Virus record (IMG/VR): IMGVR_UViG_3300031957_001318
Location: 1 to 54,503 of that record
DNA: 54,503 nt
Direction: 5' to 3' (one strand)
Source: a virus
Lineage: Duplodnaviria; Caudoviricetes
Part shown: positions 9,328 through 17,455 of the stretch, in pieces
Numbering within the stretch: position 1 is the stretch's first letter
Layout: each line of letters begins with the position of its first letter
Program-made: the position numbers and the translations under genes
Notes under the pieces: model-generated
What the model was told of the DNA's origin: nothing
Seen by the model: the letters and a program-made list of their open reading frames with translations, nothing else
Databases searched by the model: none

Positions 9328-10382
9328 TCGCGCAACCCCTTCTTATCCAGCTTGTAATCCGCGCGGCACATACAATTGATAATCTGGTGAGGCCCGGCCC
9401 CCAATTCCGTATCATGGGGATACCTTAACGCTGCCCCATCCGGCATGATAAACGGCTCAGATAGACCCCTAACCTGTGTGCCGCTGATAAACATATGCTG
9501 TACACGGTCAATCATGGAACGTCCAGTGTGTCGCCATGTGCGGATTAGGAACTGCTCAGGAACGCCGGTCTTTTCTAGCCCTTGCCGCCACGCGTCAAAC
9601 TTGCCTTGTTCGATTGCACCAATGGTTTCCGTGCGAGCAATACGCAGACCGCGTACCATGAGTTGATTGTTCTCATACCGTCTAAGCAGCGCGTCAATCT
9701 GGGATTGCGTCAACGTCCGGCTTTCAGCGATGATGCGGCGGATGAATGCTAGGTCTCTTGGATTGAGTTTCATCCCCAGCGCGCGGGAAGGATCGGTTGA
9801 CAGGTATTCGCGAAGGTTGCGCACCCATTGCATCTGTTGCGGATCAAGCCCCACAACCCCGCCAGTGCGCCGCCCATTAGCGCCAATGCGCCCCACAAGG
9901 TCACGCGCGATACGGTCAAGTGGCCTGCCTAGAGCATACCCGTCAGCGATCACGTCACGCGCTACGGCTTGCGCTTCCGTTGACAGGCCAACCACCAGAC
10001 GCGCAGACAGGTTCCTAGCATACGTCTCAGCAAGCGGCGACAGGCTGTTATACCGCACCACTGCCCGCGTACCATCCGGGTAAATCCATGTGTTAGACTG
10101 GATGGTCAGCGAGCCGGATTGTGAGTACACTTCCAGAATGATGGCCTGTAAACGTGCATATGCAGCAGGGTCAATATTCAGCGCATTGACCGCCGCGTTA
10201 ATATCACCGGACCGCAGCGCATCCCTTAACTGGCCCATCTGCGCACGGTTGCGAATGTCCTGCATAGCGGTCAAGAACGCGTTACGGATGCGCGGTTCAT
10301 ACAGGCGCACGAGGTCCGCAATTTGCCGCTCATACATGGCGTCTTTTAGGTATTGACTGACTGGTGCGGGTGTGCTAGGCAT
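9315..10382 (-). CDS. Minor head / head morphogenesis protein (Mu gpF/SPP1 gp7-like)
   Basis: RIARTET, RTWRH and C-terminal YPHD...INCMC motifs. Confidence 0.8.
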   Translation of the reverse strand: MPSTPAPVSQYLKDAMYERQIADLVRLYEPRIRNAFLTAMQDIRNRAQMGQLRDALRSGDINAAVNALNIDPAAYARLQAIILEVYSQSGSLTIQSNTWIYPDGTRAVVRYNSLSPLAETYARNLSARLVVGLSTEAQAVARDVIADGYALGRPLDRIARDLVGRIGANGRRTGGVVGLDPQQMQWVRNLREYLSTDPSRALGMKLNPRDLAFIRRIIAESRTLTQSQIDALLRRYENNQLMVRGLRIARTETIGAIEQGKFDAWRQGLEKTGVPEQFLIRTWRHTGRSMIDRVQHMFISGTQVRGLSEPFIMPDGAALRYPHDTELGAGPHQIINCMCRADYKLDKKGLREWYG

Positions 10383-10417
10383 GGTGAACGTATAGCACAG
10401 AAAGCGTGGAGGCGCAA
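10353..10417. promoter_or_regulatory. Divergent promoter pair
   Basis: Plus: TTGACT-17-TAGGCA. Minus: TTGCGC-17-TATACG with extended TG, 6 nt from the ATG at 10382. Confidence 0.5.
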
Positions 10418-10423
10418 AGAGGA

Positions 10424-10594
10424 ATGGATATTAGCGAGTTGATTAAGGAAATTCAATTAGCAATGGATCGCGTTGGTGTAGAGCGTGATCGTATTGATGA
10501 CATTATCAGCAACGCAGAACAATTGCGCGATAACTGCCAAACTGCATATGATGACCTCTGGCATGCGCGCGATGCATTGTCGGAACTAGTCTAA
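10424..10594 (+). CDS. Small coiled-coil hypothetical protein (antisense cassette)
   Basis: GAGG RBS before ATG 10424; helical, acidic. Confidence 0.65.
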   Translation: MDISELIKEIQLAMDRVGVERDRIDDIISNAEQLRDNCQTAYDDLWHARDALSELV

Positions 10595-10622
10595 CCCAAC
10601 CAAACCGCCAAGGATGCAAAGA

Positions 10623-10922
10623 ATGACCAAATGGCAACCGATTGAAACAGCGCCGCATGGCAAAACATGCCTTATCTTCCTGAAAGATCAATACGGCCAT
10701 CAAAGAATTATCAAAGCAGAGTACTGCGATAAATTTTCTTGGGAAGCCTATTGTGAAAATTTCGAAGAAGAGTGGTGCGACTGGAATGAGGATGCAGGAT
10801 CGTATTACTACCCAGAAGGATGGTATGAAACATGCTGGTATCACAATGACATTTCAGGGATGAGAGTTACAGACACACCAACCCACTGGCAACCACTTCC
10901 CGAACCGCCTAGCGCACAATAA
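10623..10922 (+). CDS. DUF551-like phage protein
   Basis: WQPIETAP N-terminus and PTHWQPLPEPP C-terminus. Confidence 0.8.
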   Translation: MTKWQPIETAPHGKTCLIFLKDQYGHQRIIKAEYCDKFSWEAYCENFEEEWCDWNEDAGSYYYPEGWYETCWYHNDISGMRVTDTPTHWQPLPEPPSAQ

Positions 10923-11259
10923 ACACCGAGGCCACCGGCTCCCCAGCCCCTTTATAATTAATGATCCGCACGACAGACACAACGTCACCGTCGATGCGGA
11001 TCATGTCGTTATTTTCCATATCGACCACGCCTTGGCATAGCACTTGCCTATCGCTGGCAAGCACCGTAGTGCCGTCAACGTATTTTTGCGACACGCCGCT
11101 AACCACCGCGTCAATCCGCGTCCATGTCGTCGTGACGGTCGGAGGGTCCCATTCGTTCGCGCCAGCAACCGTGGTCGACACCCCGATCTCGACAACGCCT
11201 TGATTGTACTTTTCCAGTAGCCGTCCAGCCGTGCCTCGCATACGGTCATAGAGTGGCAT
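10909..11259 (-). CDS. Head closure / head-tail joining protein
   Basis: YDRMRGTAGRLLEKY and YVDGTTVLASDR motifs; AGGAG RBS before ATG 11259. Confidence 0.75.
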   Translation of the reverse strand: MPLYDRMRGTAGRLLEKYNQGVVEIGVSTTVAGANEWDPPTVTTTWTRIDAVVSGVSQKYVDGTTVLASDRQVLCQGVVDMENNDMIRIDGDVVSVVRIINYKGAGEPVASVFIVR

Positions 11260-11279
11260 AAAAAAATCTCCTAGGGGTG

Positions 11280-11310
11280 TTGACATGTGGTTTCGGGTGT
11301 GTCATATAGT
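11280..11310 (+). promoter_or_regulatory. Sigma70-like promoter for the leader and DIP1984-like gene
   Basis: TTGACA at 11280; CATATAGT at 11303-11310. Confidence 0.55.
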
Positions 11311-11341
11311 TTATCAGCTAAACGCAAGGAGACAAAACCAA

Positions 11342-11560
11342 TAGCAACCGCTCACCATGTGCGTCATCATGGTTTCGCAAAATGGAAGGTCGCCATACCT
11401 ACTGGCACAAGTCCGCAAGGGTAAAGTGTTAAGTGGTAAGTCTCAATTTGAGCAAGGTGATAGTTTCAATTGTGAAGAACGCAACTAAAATCTAGGCAAG
11501 TTGTTCGCCGTTGCTGCATGGTCAATCCTAGCTTCCCTTGTCGGGTTAGCTTTATTTTTA
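11342..11560 (+). ncRNA. Candidate structured leader/ncRNA with ~7-nt periodic AA(G) repeats
   Basis: Closing stem 11342-11351/11507-11516; hairpin ACCATG/CATGGT at 11354-11373; AA(G/T/C) or TAG units at 11409, 17, 24, 31, 38, 45, 54, 61, 68, 75, 83, 89, 98; no convincing ORF. Confidence 0.5.
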
Positions 11561-11573
11561 TCAGGAGGAAAGA

Positions 11574-12083
11574 ATGAAGATCGTAGAGGCTATGAAGAAA
11601 GTGAAAGACAATCGCCGCAAGATTGATGATCTTCGTCAGAAGATTGCCAAGAATGCTGCTCGTCTTTCTTACGAAACGTCTCAATATGATAATCCTGAGG
11701 CAAAGGTCAAGGAGTGGCTACAATCCTGCAATGATCTTTCAGTGCAATCCGTTGATCTTCTTGAACGTATCAATAAGACTAACATCAATACGATTGTTGA
11801 AATCGAGATTGGCGGCAAGTCTGTTTCTCGTTCCATTGCTGGCTGGATTTACCGCCGCCGTGAGTTTGCGGCGATTGATGCTGCAACTTGGAAAGCGTTG
11901 ACTGACAATGGCTTGAAAGATGGATTCGCAAAAACGGCATCAGGCGACCAGATGGAAGTTAAAGTCGTGCGTCACTTTAACCCTGAACAGCGAGACCGTA
12001 AGATTTCAGAGTTCTCAGAGGAACCATATTTGATTGATAGCCGACTAGAGGTCATCAACGCTATCACCGATCTCGCGGAATGA
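11574..12083 (+). CDS. DIP1984-like (septicolysin-annotated) helical coiled-coil protein
   Basis: AGGAGG RBS. The pattern MKIVEAMKK..IDDLRQKI, RINKTN, SIAGWIYRR, FNPEQRD..IDSRLEVINAIT matches my recollection of this family; HMM confirmation needed. Confidence 0.6.
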   Translation: MKIVEAMKKVKDNRRKIDDLRQKIAKNAARLSYETSQYDNPEAKVKEWLQSCNDLSVQSVDLLERINKTNINTIVEIEIGGKSVSRSIAGWIYRRREFAAIDAATWKALTDNGLKDGFAKTASGDQMEVKVVRHFNPEQRDRKISEFSEEPYLIDSRLEVINAITDLAE

Positions 12084-12086
12084 TTT

Positions 12087-12109
12087 AGGCCCCATTGGGG
12101 GCCTTTTTC
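12087..12109 (+). terminator. Rho-independent terminator, possibly bidirectional
   Basis: AGGCCCC-ATTG-GGGGCCT followed by TTTT, between convergent genes. Confidence 0.75.
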
Positions 12110-12635
12110 ACACCACCCGCGCATCAAACGAACGCACACCAGCAGTCCCGCGCACGAAACAGTCAATCCTGCGCATGGCAGCTTCAACACGGGTCTGCAT
12201 GGCCTCATACGATGCCGCATACCGGCTGGCATCATACCCCACTTGGATTTCCCCAACCTTCTCCATGGTGATTGCCGCATCTGCCAGACGGTACGAAGGC
12301 GACAGAACACCCGGCGCGCTAAGTTCTGCCCATGCCAAGTCATACTGAGCCGCGATAACCTCATCCGGGATTTCATCGTCGGCAATCGCGTTACCATCGC
12401 AATCTACCACGTCAGACCGAGGCCACGCACCAACCTGCGACCGGCCTAGTGTTCGTGCACCCTTCCACTTAAGCCCGTTCAGGTACGCAAACGCAGCCCG
12501 CATTGGTACATCCGAAGCGTCTTCATCTGCTACCGTACCGCCATAGTAATTCGCCACATGCAGAATGAAACCCGCTCGCGTTCCGTAGCTGTCTGCACCC
12601 GTAACGCCAGTGCCATTTTCAATTACCAACGCCAT
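12108..12635 (-). CDS. Head-tail adaptor (DnaT-like annotated family)
   Basis: MALVIENGTGVTGADSY, WKGAR...AWPR and IPDEVIAAQYDLA motifs. Confidence 0.8.
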   Translation of the reverse strand: MALVIENGTGVTGADSYGTRAGFILHVANYYGGTVADEDASDVPMRAAFAYLNGLKWKGARTLGRSQVGAWPRSDVVDCDGNAIADDEIPDEVIAAQYDLAWAELSAPGVLSPSYRLADAAITMEKVGEIQVGYDASRYAASYEAMQTRVEAAMRRIDCFVRGTAGVRSFDARVV

Positions 12636-13187
12636 TTATGGTCTTTCCTCCCACCATGCCCGGAAAATGCCCGCATTAGGGCCGCTACCGGGGTTTGTTA
12701 AGACAAAATAGTATGTTCCTGCCGGAATGCCGCGCTCATCAGTCAGCCCATTTCCTACGCTCGCAATCTGTGCTGTTGCAGACGCAGCACGCCCAGCAAA
12801 AGCATCAAGAACCGTTCCGCCTGTATGTGTACCGCCCGCAGTAATTGCCACGACTGGTGAATATGCCGGTGCTACAGACATGGAATTGCGCGGGATAATC
12901 GGAAGTGTTTCAGAGAATGTGCCTCCCTCAGTCCCGCCAATCCGTGTTTCAACATCTGCCCAACCGTCAACCATTTCTAGACGTAAATCAAACAAGATTA
13001 CATCTACCGGAACTACAGCCTTGACAACTAGCGTCCCACCGTTAGCAATGGCAATCCGGCGAAACGTCCGAAACTCGCGCCCATCAAAGAAACCAGTCTG
13101 CCCAACATCAACGCGAATTCGGGCATTATCTCCGTCCGCATCGGTCATCAATTTCAGTGGCGGATAGTTACTGTTAAACCGCGTCAT
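12636..13187 (-). CDS. Putative virion structural protein
   Basis: In the head-neck operon; RVDVGQTGFFDGREFRTF; beta-rich. Confidence 0.6.
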   Translation of the reverse strand: MTRFNSNYPPLKLMTDADGDNARIRVDVGQTGFFDGREFRTFRRIAIANGGTLVVKAVVPVDVILFDLRLEMVDGWADVETRIGGTEGGTFSETLPIIPRNSMSVAPAYSPVVAITAGGTHTGGTVLDAFAGRAASATAQIASVGNGLTDERGIPAGTYYFVLTNPGSGPNAGIFRAWWEERP

Positions 13188-13678
13188 CGGGCTTTGTGCG
13201 TCCTAGTGATAACATACCGCACGTCATAAAGGCTTGCAGTCCCGTTAGCGCGGCAATAGACCGTAGCGCCATTACCTTCCCATGTATCAAGCGTATAAAC
13301 GCCAGTGGAAATTACCATCGTTCTAATCTCGCCCTGACCTTTAGGGAACGTGATGGGTCGGCGATACAGTTCGCCAATAGATCCGCCAATATCAAACCAG
13401 AACTCAATATAAGTCGTGTTAGCGCTAGTCGGCACAACCTTGGCGTCAATGGTAATCAGCAGGGCATCTCCATTCTGACCCGTAATAACAGAACCATCAT
13501 AGAACGACGTAACATCAGCAGGAAGTTGACTTTCAATAACCGACCCTGCGTTATTGGCAACCAGCGTATCAGTGTCAGCCGCAATAAGCTGCGGCGATCC
13601 AGACGTGTATTGCGTATCGACGTAGTTTCCCCATCCCGTCCAAGATGCAGCCGCTACTGGAGAGACAAACCTAACCAT
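13184..13678 (-). CDS. Putative virion structural protein
   Basis: Overlapping start/stop with neighbours; beta-rich, TGWGNYVD motif. Confidence 0.6.
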   Translation of the reverse strand: MVRFVSPVAAASWTGWGNYVDTQYTSGSPQLIAADTDTLVANNAGSVIESQLPADVTSFYDGSVITGQNGDALLITIDAKVVPTSANTTYIEFWFDIGGSIGELYRRPITFPKGQGEIRTMVISTGVYTLDTWEGNGATVYCRANGTASLYDVRYVITRTHKAR

Positions 13679-13941
13679 TACGAACGAACCACGCCAACCG
13701 TAGTGGCCCCGTTAGGCGACAAGACATACACGTCAGCAGCAGGGCCTGAGAAGCTATATTCTCCGTCCCAGTGCTGATAGCTAGCATGAGCAGCACTAGC
13801 TGGGGCAGTGCCGCCAGTCGCAACGATGTAAATCCGCATACCACCCACAAGCGTTTCCGTGGCCGTGAGCGCCGTCACGTTATCGCCAATCTGCACATAA
13901 TCAGCCGCGCTAACCGCAACCCGTACCGTCTCAAGAGCCAT
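13678..13941 (-). CDS. Putative small virion protein
   Basis: GAGG RBS; coupled to the downstream gene. Confidence 0.6.
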   Translation of the reverse strand: MALETVRVAVSAADYVQIGDNVTALTATETLVGGMRIYIVATGGTAPASAAHASYQHWDGEYSFSGPAADVYVLSPNGATTVGVVRS

Positions 13942-13970
13942 CTATATCGTCCTCTGTATAGTTTGCCTAG

Positions 13971-14017
13971 AGTGTAGCAAAAAAGGTGTTGACAGGCAAA
14001 GCGAGGGGGTGTAGTGG
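13971..14017. promoter_or_regulatory. Bidirectional promoter cassette, copy 1
   Basis: Plus: TTGACA(13989)-17-TAGTGG. Minus: TTGCCT(13999-13994)-17-TACACT with extended TG. Similar to 22494-22540. Confidence 0.6.
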
Positions 14018-14044
14018 TGTGGGGTGCAGCAAATGGAGGCAGGT

Positions 14045-14431
14045 ATGGCTGACTTGTATATCATTCGCGGCGTTCCCGGCAGCGGAAAGACTACGCTTGC
14101 GGAAAAGATGAACGATAGCGGGATGATTGACGTCTATTTTGAGGCGGACATGATGATGATTGATCATGACGGCAACTACAAGTTTGACCCGTCTAAATTG
14201 TCTTTCTGCCATGACCAGTGTCAGCGCGCCGTTGATGTTGCCTTGACTGTCGGCCACAACGTTGCTGTCTCAAACACGTTCACGCGGAAATGGGAAATGA
14301 AGCCTTATTTTGATATGGCGAAAAAACACGGCGCGCAAGTTACGGTGATTGTTTGTCAGGGTGACTTTTCCAATGTGCATGGCGTCCCGAATGGGAAGGT
14401 TCAGGCGATGCGCGACAGGTTTGAATACTGA
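14045..14431 (+). CDS. P-loop kinase, AAA_33 / polynucleotide-kinase (N4BP2-like) family
   Basis: LYIIRGVPGSGKTT, FEAD, VAVSNTFT..WE..PY and NVHGVP motifs; GGAGG RBS. Confidence 0.8.
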   Translation: MADLYIIRGVPGSGKTTLAEKMNDSGMIDVYFEADMMMIDHDGNYKFDPSKLSFCHDQCQRAVDVALTVGHNVAVSNTFTRKWEMKPYFDMAKKHGAQVTVIVCQGDFSNVHGVPNGKVQAMRDRFEY

Positions 14432-14880
14432 CCGCACAACCTCCTAAAAACCCGGCTCTCCATTGCGTCCGCCTTGGTGATCCATTTCTTTGATGCGTTC
14501 TCGCGAGGCACCGGGTCAACATACCCGATACTTGCCAAAGCGTCAGAAATTCGCTCAATAGGATATACCTCAATCCCCGGCATATCCATAAACCATTCTT
14601 GTGGCTTGAATGCGGCCTGTTCCGTGCGGTACCGCAGGATATGGCGGCACACGCTATCGACGTCACCAGCCGGATAATAGTAATTAATCGCACTCACTAG
14701 CCGGTCAATAGGATCACGCACAACGGCAATGATACGGCTGGCAGTCATGGGATATGCAGACGCGCGAATGTGGCCTAGATGTGTCATGGGGCCTAGCGTG
14801 GATGCAGCCTTGACTAGGCTAGATGAGCCGGATTTAGGGATTTGTAGGAGGATGGTGTTTAGGTGCGGGATGTATGGCAT
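14401..14880 (-). CDS. Sulfotransferase family protein
   Basis: 5'-PSB-like QIPKSGSSSL and 3'-PB-like VVRDPIDRLVSAINY motifs. Confidence 0.8.
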   Translation of the reverse strand: MPYIPHLNTILLQIPKSGSSSLVKAASTLGPMTHLGHIRASAYPMTASRIIAVVRDPIDRLVSAINYYYPAGDVDSVCRHILRYRTEQAAFKPQEWFMDMPGIEVYPIERISDALASIGYVDPVPRENASKKWITKADAMESRVFRRLCGQYSNLSRIA

Positions 14881-14894
14881 GGCGTCGTACTAAC

Positions 14895-14923
14895 AAAAAA
14901 AGCCCCGCCATCACAGCGGGGCC
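14895..14923 (-). terminator. Terminator after the major capsid gene
   Basis: GCCCCGC stem pair with an A7 run on the plus strand (U-tract on minus). Confidence 0.75.
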
Positions 14924-14944
14924 TATTCTTAAATACCAACCGGA

Positions 14945-15976
14945 TTAGGTCAGCGTACCACGGCGCAGCGTGCCGGGGCGCTGGCAATAATACAGCGGAT
15001 AGGCGTGGACGTGATACTTGGCAAAGCGCGGGGTTTGCGCGAAAGCCGCATCTAGTTCCTGCACGGCGTAGACCGACTGACCCGGAGTGTTGACGTACGG
15101 CATGAATTCATCTGCCGGTGCCATCGCCTTCACAAAGATACCATCACCACCATCAACGAAGAACTTAGCATCGTTAACGCCGATTGCGATTTCCGAGTTA
15201 TCGTCCGAACCGCGATAGTTGATGAAGGTAATCCCGCCGAAGGTGAATTCGGTAAACGGATCAATCCCGCGCATTTCAGCAGCAGCCTGCCAGTTCAGCC
15301 AGAATTTCTCTACGTTGGGATGCTTGATAAGGGCATCATAGAACGCATCACCCACAAGGCCGACGACACGCGACCGACCCACAACCCAAGCGCCTTTAGC
15401 CGAACGCTGAATAGAGCGTTGCAGAGTGCGACAGATACCCGCAACATCAGTACCGTCCTGATCAAGCTCAAACGAAGTCGCAGTGTCCTGCGCCTCACCA
15501 AACTCGGTGTAGTAGTTGTAGTACGTCGAACCGTCAGCCGGGTCCAGAGCAAGACCTTGAATAGCAGCAAGGCGCAGGTATTCCTCGGTGTACTCCATCT
15601 TCTGGCGCATGCTTTGCAGACGGCCAGCAACTTCGCGCTGAACGCTCATCAGTTCGGTCTCGGAGCCAAACTCACGCAGGCCAGCAACCTCATGCGCCCA
15701 GACGGTATCCTGAACCGCAAGGCGGGGGATGGTAAGGCCCAGCATGTCGCGGCTGTAGCGGCTGTTTTGCTCAGGCGCAGAACCGCGCTCAGAGAAACCA
15801 ATAAGGTTCAGAGTGTCGGTCTTACGGTCAACCCAAACGTTTTTAGTGCGAACCGGCTTAGGGGTAAACAGGTTCATCGAACCCAGCATTTGCGGGTTAT
15901 AGTCCATCTTTTCAACCGTCGAAGACAGTTCAAACATGGAGAAGGCATCAGCCTTAAAAATGTCCATAGTAGCCAC
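14945..15976 (-). CDS. Major capsid protein (lambda gpE-like)
   Basis: 343 aa; DIFKADAFSMFELS start, TEEYLRLAAIQG, FTFGGITFINYRG; strong RBS; terminator follows. Confidence 0.88.
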   Translation of the reverse strand: MATMDIFKADAFSMFELSSTVEKMDYNPQMLGSMNLFTPKPVRTKNVWVDRKTDTLNLIGFSERGSAPEQNSRYSRDMLGLTIPRLAVQDTVWAHEVAGLREFGSETELMSVQREVAGRLQSMRQKMEYTEEYLRLAAIQGLALDPADGSTYYNYYTEFGEAQDTATSFELDQDGTDVAGICRTLQRSIQRSAKGAWVVGRSRVVGLVGDAFYDALIKHPNVEKFWLNWQAAAEMRGIDPFTEFTFGGITFINYRGSDDNSEIAIGVNDAKFFVDGGDGIFVKAMAPADEFMPYVNTPGQSVYAVQELDAAFAQTPRFAKYHVHAYPLYYCQRPGTLRRGTLT

Positions 15977-15987
15977 GTTAGAACTCC

Positions 15988-16347
15988 TTAATCGCGGACA
16001 ACAATATTAAGCGCAAGCAGGGTCGCGTCAAGCTCAGCATTAGTGCCGTCAAAAGTCAGCTTGGACCGCTTGACCTCCGCGTCACGAACAATCACAGTGC
16101 GGTCAACAGCCGCCAGCGCATCAACGCCCTCGTAAAGAATGCCAGCAGCATCTTCCGAACCGTCAGTAGCGTCACCATCCCAAGCGACAGCAGCACCACC
16201 CACAATGGCGTAAACCTGACCGGCAGGGATGGCGGCATCGCCCCAATCGGTGTCACTATCAAAAGCCTGCACTTCGCGCGAACGGTAACCATTCGCTTCC
16301 GATTGCAGAAACTCGGCGGTACGCGCGCCCTCAGTAAGCGTAGCCAT
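15988..16347 (-). CDS. Head decoration protein (lambda gpD-like)
   Basis: FLQSEANGYRSRE and DGSEDAAGILY...VIVRDAEV motifs; upstream of the capsid gene. Confidence 0.85.
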   Translation of the reverse strand: MATLTEGARTAEFLQSEANGYRSREVQAFDSDTDWGDAAIPAGQVYAIVGGAAVAWDGDATDGSEDAAGILYEGVDALAAVDRTVIVRDAEVKRSKLTFDGTNAELDATLLALNIVVRD

Positions 16348-17426
16348 TATTTCTCATCCTTTTCTTTGTACATACCTTCCCAAGCAGATTTCTTCTTGGT
16401 CTTTTCTTTCATCGCATCCAACACCGGATCAGCCTTAGCAACCGACCGAGCAACAGCAAACGCAGCCTTGATTTCCGCGTCCGTGGTCAGGTCCGCAACA
16501 GCTTCATCGCCATAGACCTTAGCGATGACTTCCCTGCGCATGGTCATAGCGTCCTTGCCGGTAGCGTCGTAATCCTTGACCAGTTCACGGGCCTTATCAG
16601 CAACCGTAGCGCGTTCAAGAACAGCCGCGTCTACCAGCTTGGCGATTTCCTCATCCGACTTAACCAGCTTGTTAGCGTCGGCAGCCTCAATCTTGACAGC
16701 AGCCAGTTCTGTTTTCAGTCCTTCCACTTCTGCCGCGTGTGCATCCAGAATGGCCTTGAATTTGTCAGCGTCCGAGGCATCAACACTAATAGCCTTGTCA
16801 CCGACCATAATCTTGACAATATTCAATTCTTCATCCTCATTGTCAGTTACGGTTAGAGGCGTTGCGCCCCAGTTCTTAGACACGTTGTCAGCCGCGTCCT
16901 TGCCATACGCCCGCCCCCGTGGGACTAGCGCAAGATGGTTGGGGTTGATGTTTCGTTGTACCCCGTCATATTCTTTTCCGTCAGGCGTTACACCCGGCGT
17001 AAAATCAATATCAGCCGTGTATCCGCCTGAATATTGCTTATGCGTCGTGACGGACGCATCCATAGCGCGCCTATCCTTGACAATGAATTCCAGACCTAGC
17101 CAGCCATCATCACCCACACGCGCCCTTGACGATACCTCACCGACCGCGTATTCCGCGTAGTTATCCGGCGTGACCAATTCGTCAGGATGATCCAGCGTAA
17201 CCGGAACATGCGCCCAGCCATTAAGCGCAGCGTCCGAGAACACTTCATCATGCGGGCGGTAGATTTTCAGCACGTCTTTAGGATCACCCATAGGCGCAGC
17301 GTCACCGAGTTCCGCCCGAGTATAGCTTTGAATGCCCGTCCTAGCCACATTGGCACGAACGATCTTATACCCATCCTTGTGGGTTTTAGTCGTTACGTTA
17401 ATCAGGGCATCGGTAAATCTATTCAT
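16347..17426 (-). CDS. DUF2213 prohead protease/scaffold protein
   Basis: ARTGIQSY, VTLDHP, SGGY and NHLALVPRGRA motifs; start placed at 17426 from promoter spacing (17432 is an alternative). Confidence 0.85.
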   Translation of the reverse strand: MNRFTDALINVTTKTHKDGYKIVRANVARTGIQSYTRAELGDAAPMGDPKDVLKIYRPHDEVFSDAALNGWAHVPVTLDHPDELVTPDNYAEYAVGEVSSRARVGDDGWLGLEFIVKDRRAMDASVTTHKQYSGGYTADIDFTPGVTPDGKEYDGVQRNINPNHLALVPRGRAYGKDAADNVSKNWGATPLTVTDNEDEELNIVKIMVGDKAISVDASDADKFKAILDAHAAEVEGLKTELAAVKIEAADANKLVKSDEEIAKLVDAAVLERATVADKARELVKDYDATGKDAMTMRREVIAKVYGDEAVADLTTDAEIKAAFAVARSVAKADPVLDAMKEKTKKKSAWEGMYKEKDEK

Positions 17427-17455
17427 GCTCATATCGTATATTAATGCGCCTCATT

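Noticed and set aside
11401-11500. CRISPR or TIGR-like guide array
   Set aside because: Units are ~7 nt with only a 2-3-nt conserved core; no repeat-spacer units of guide length and no Cas or Nop-domain gene seen
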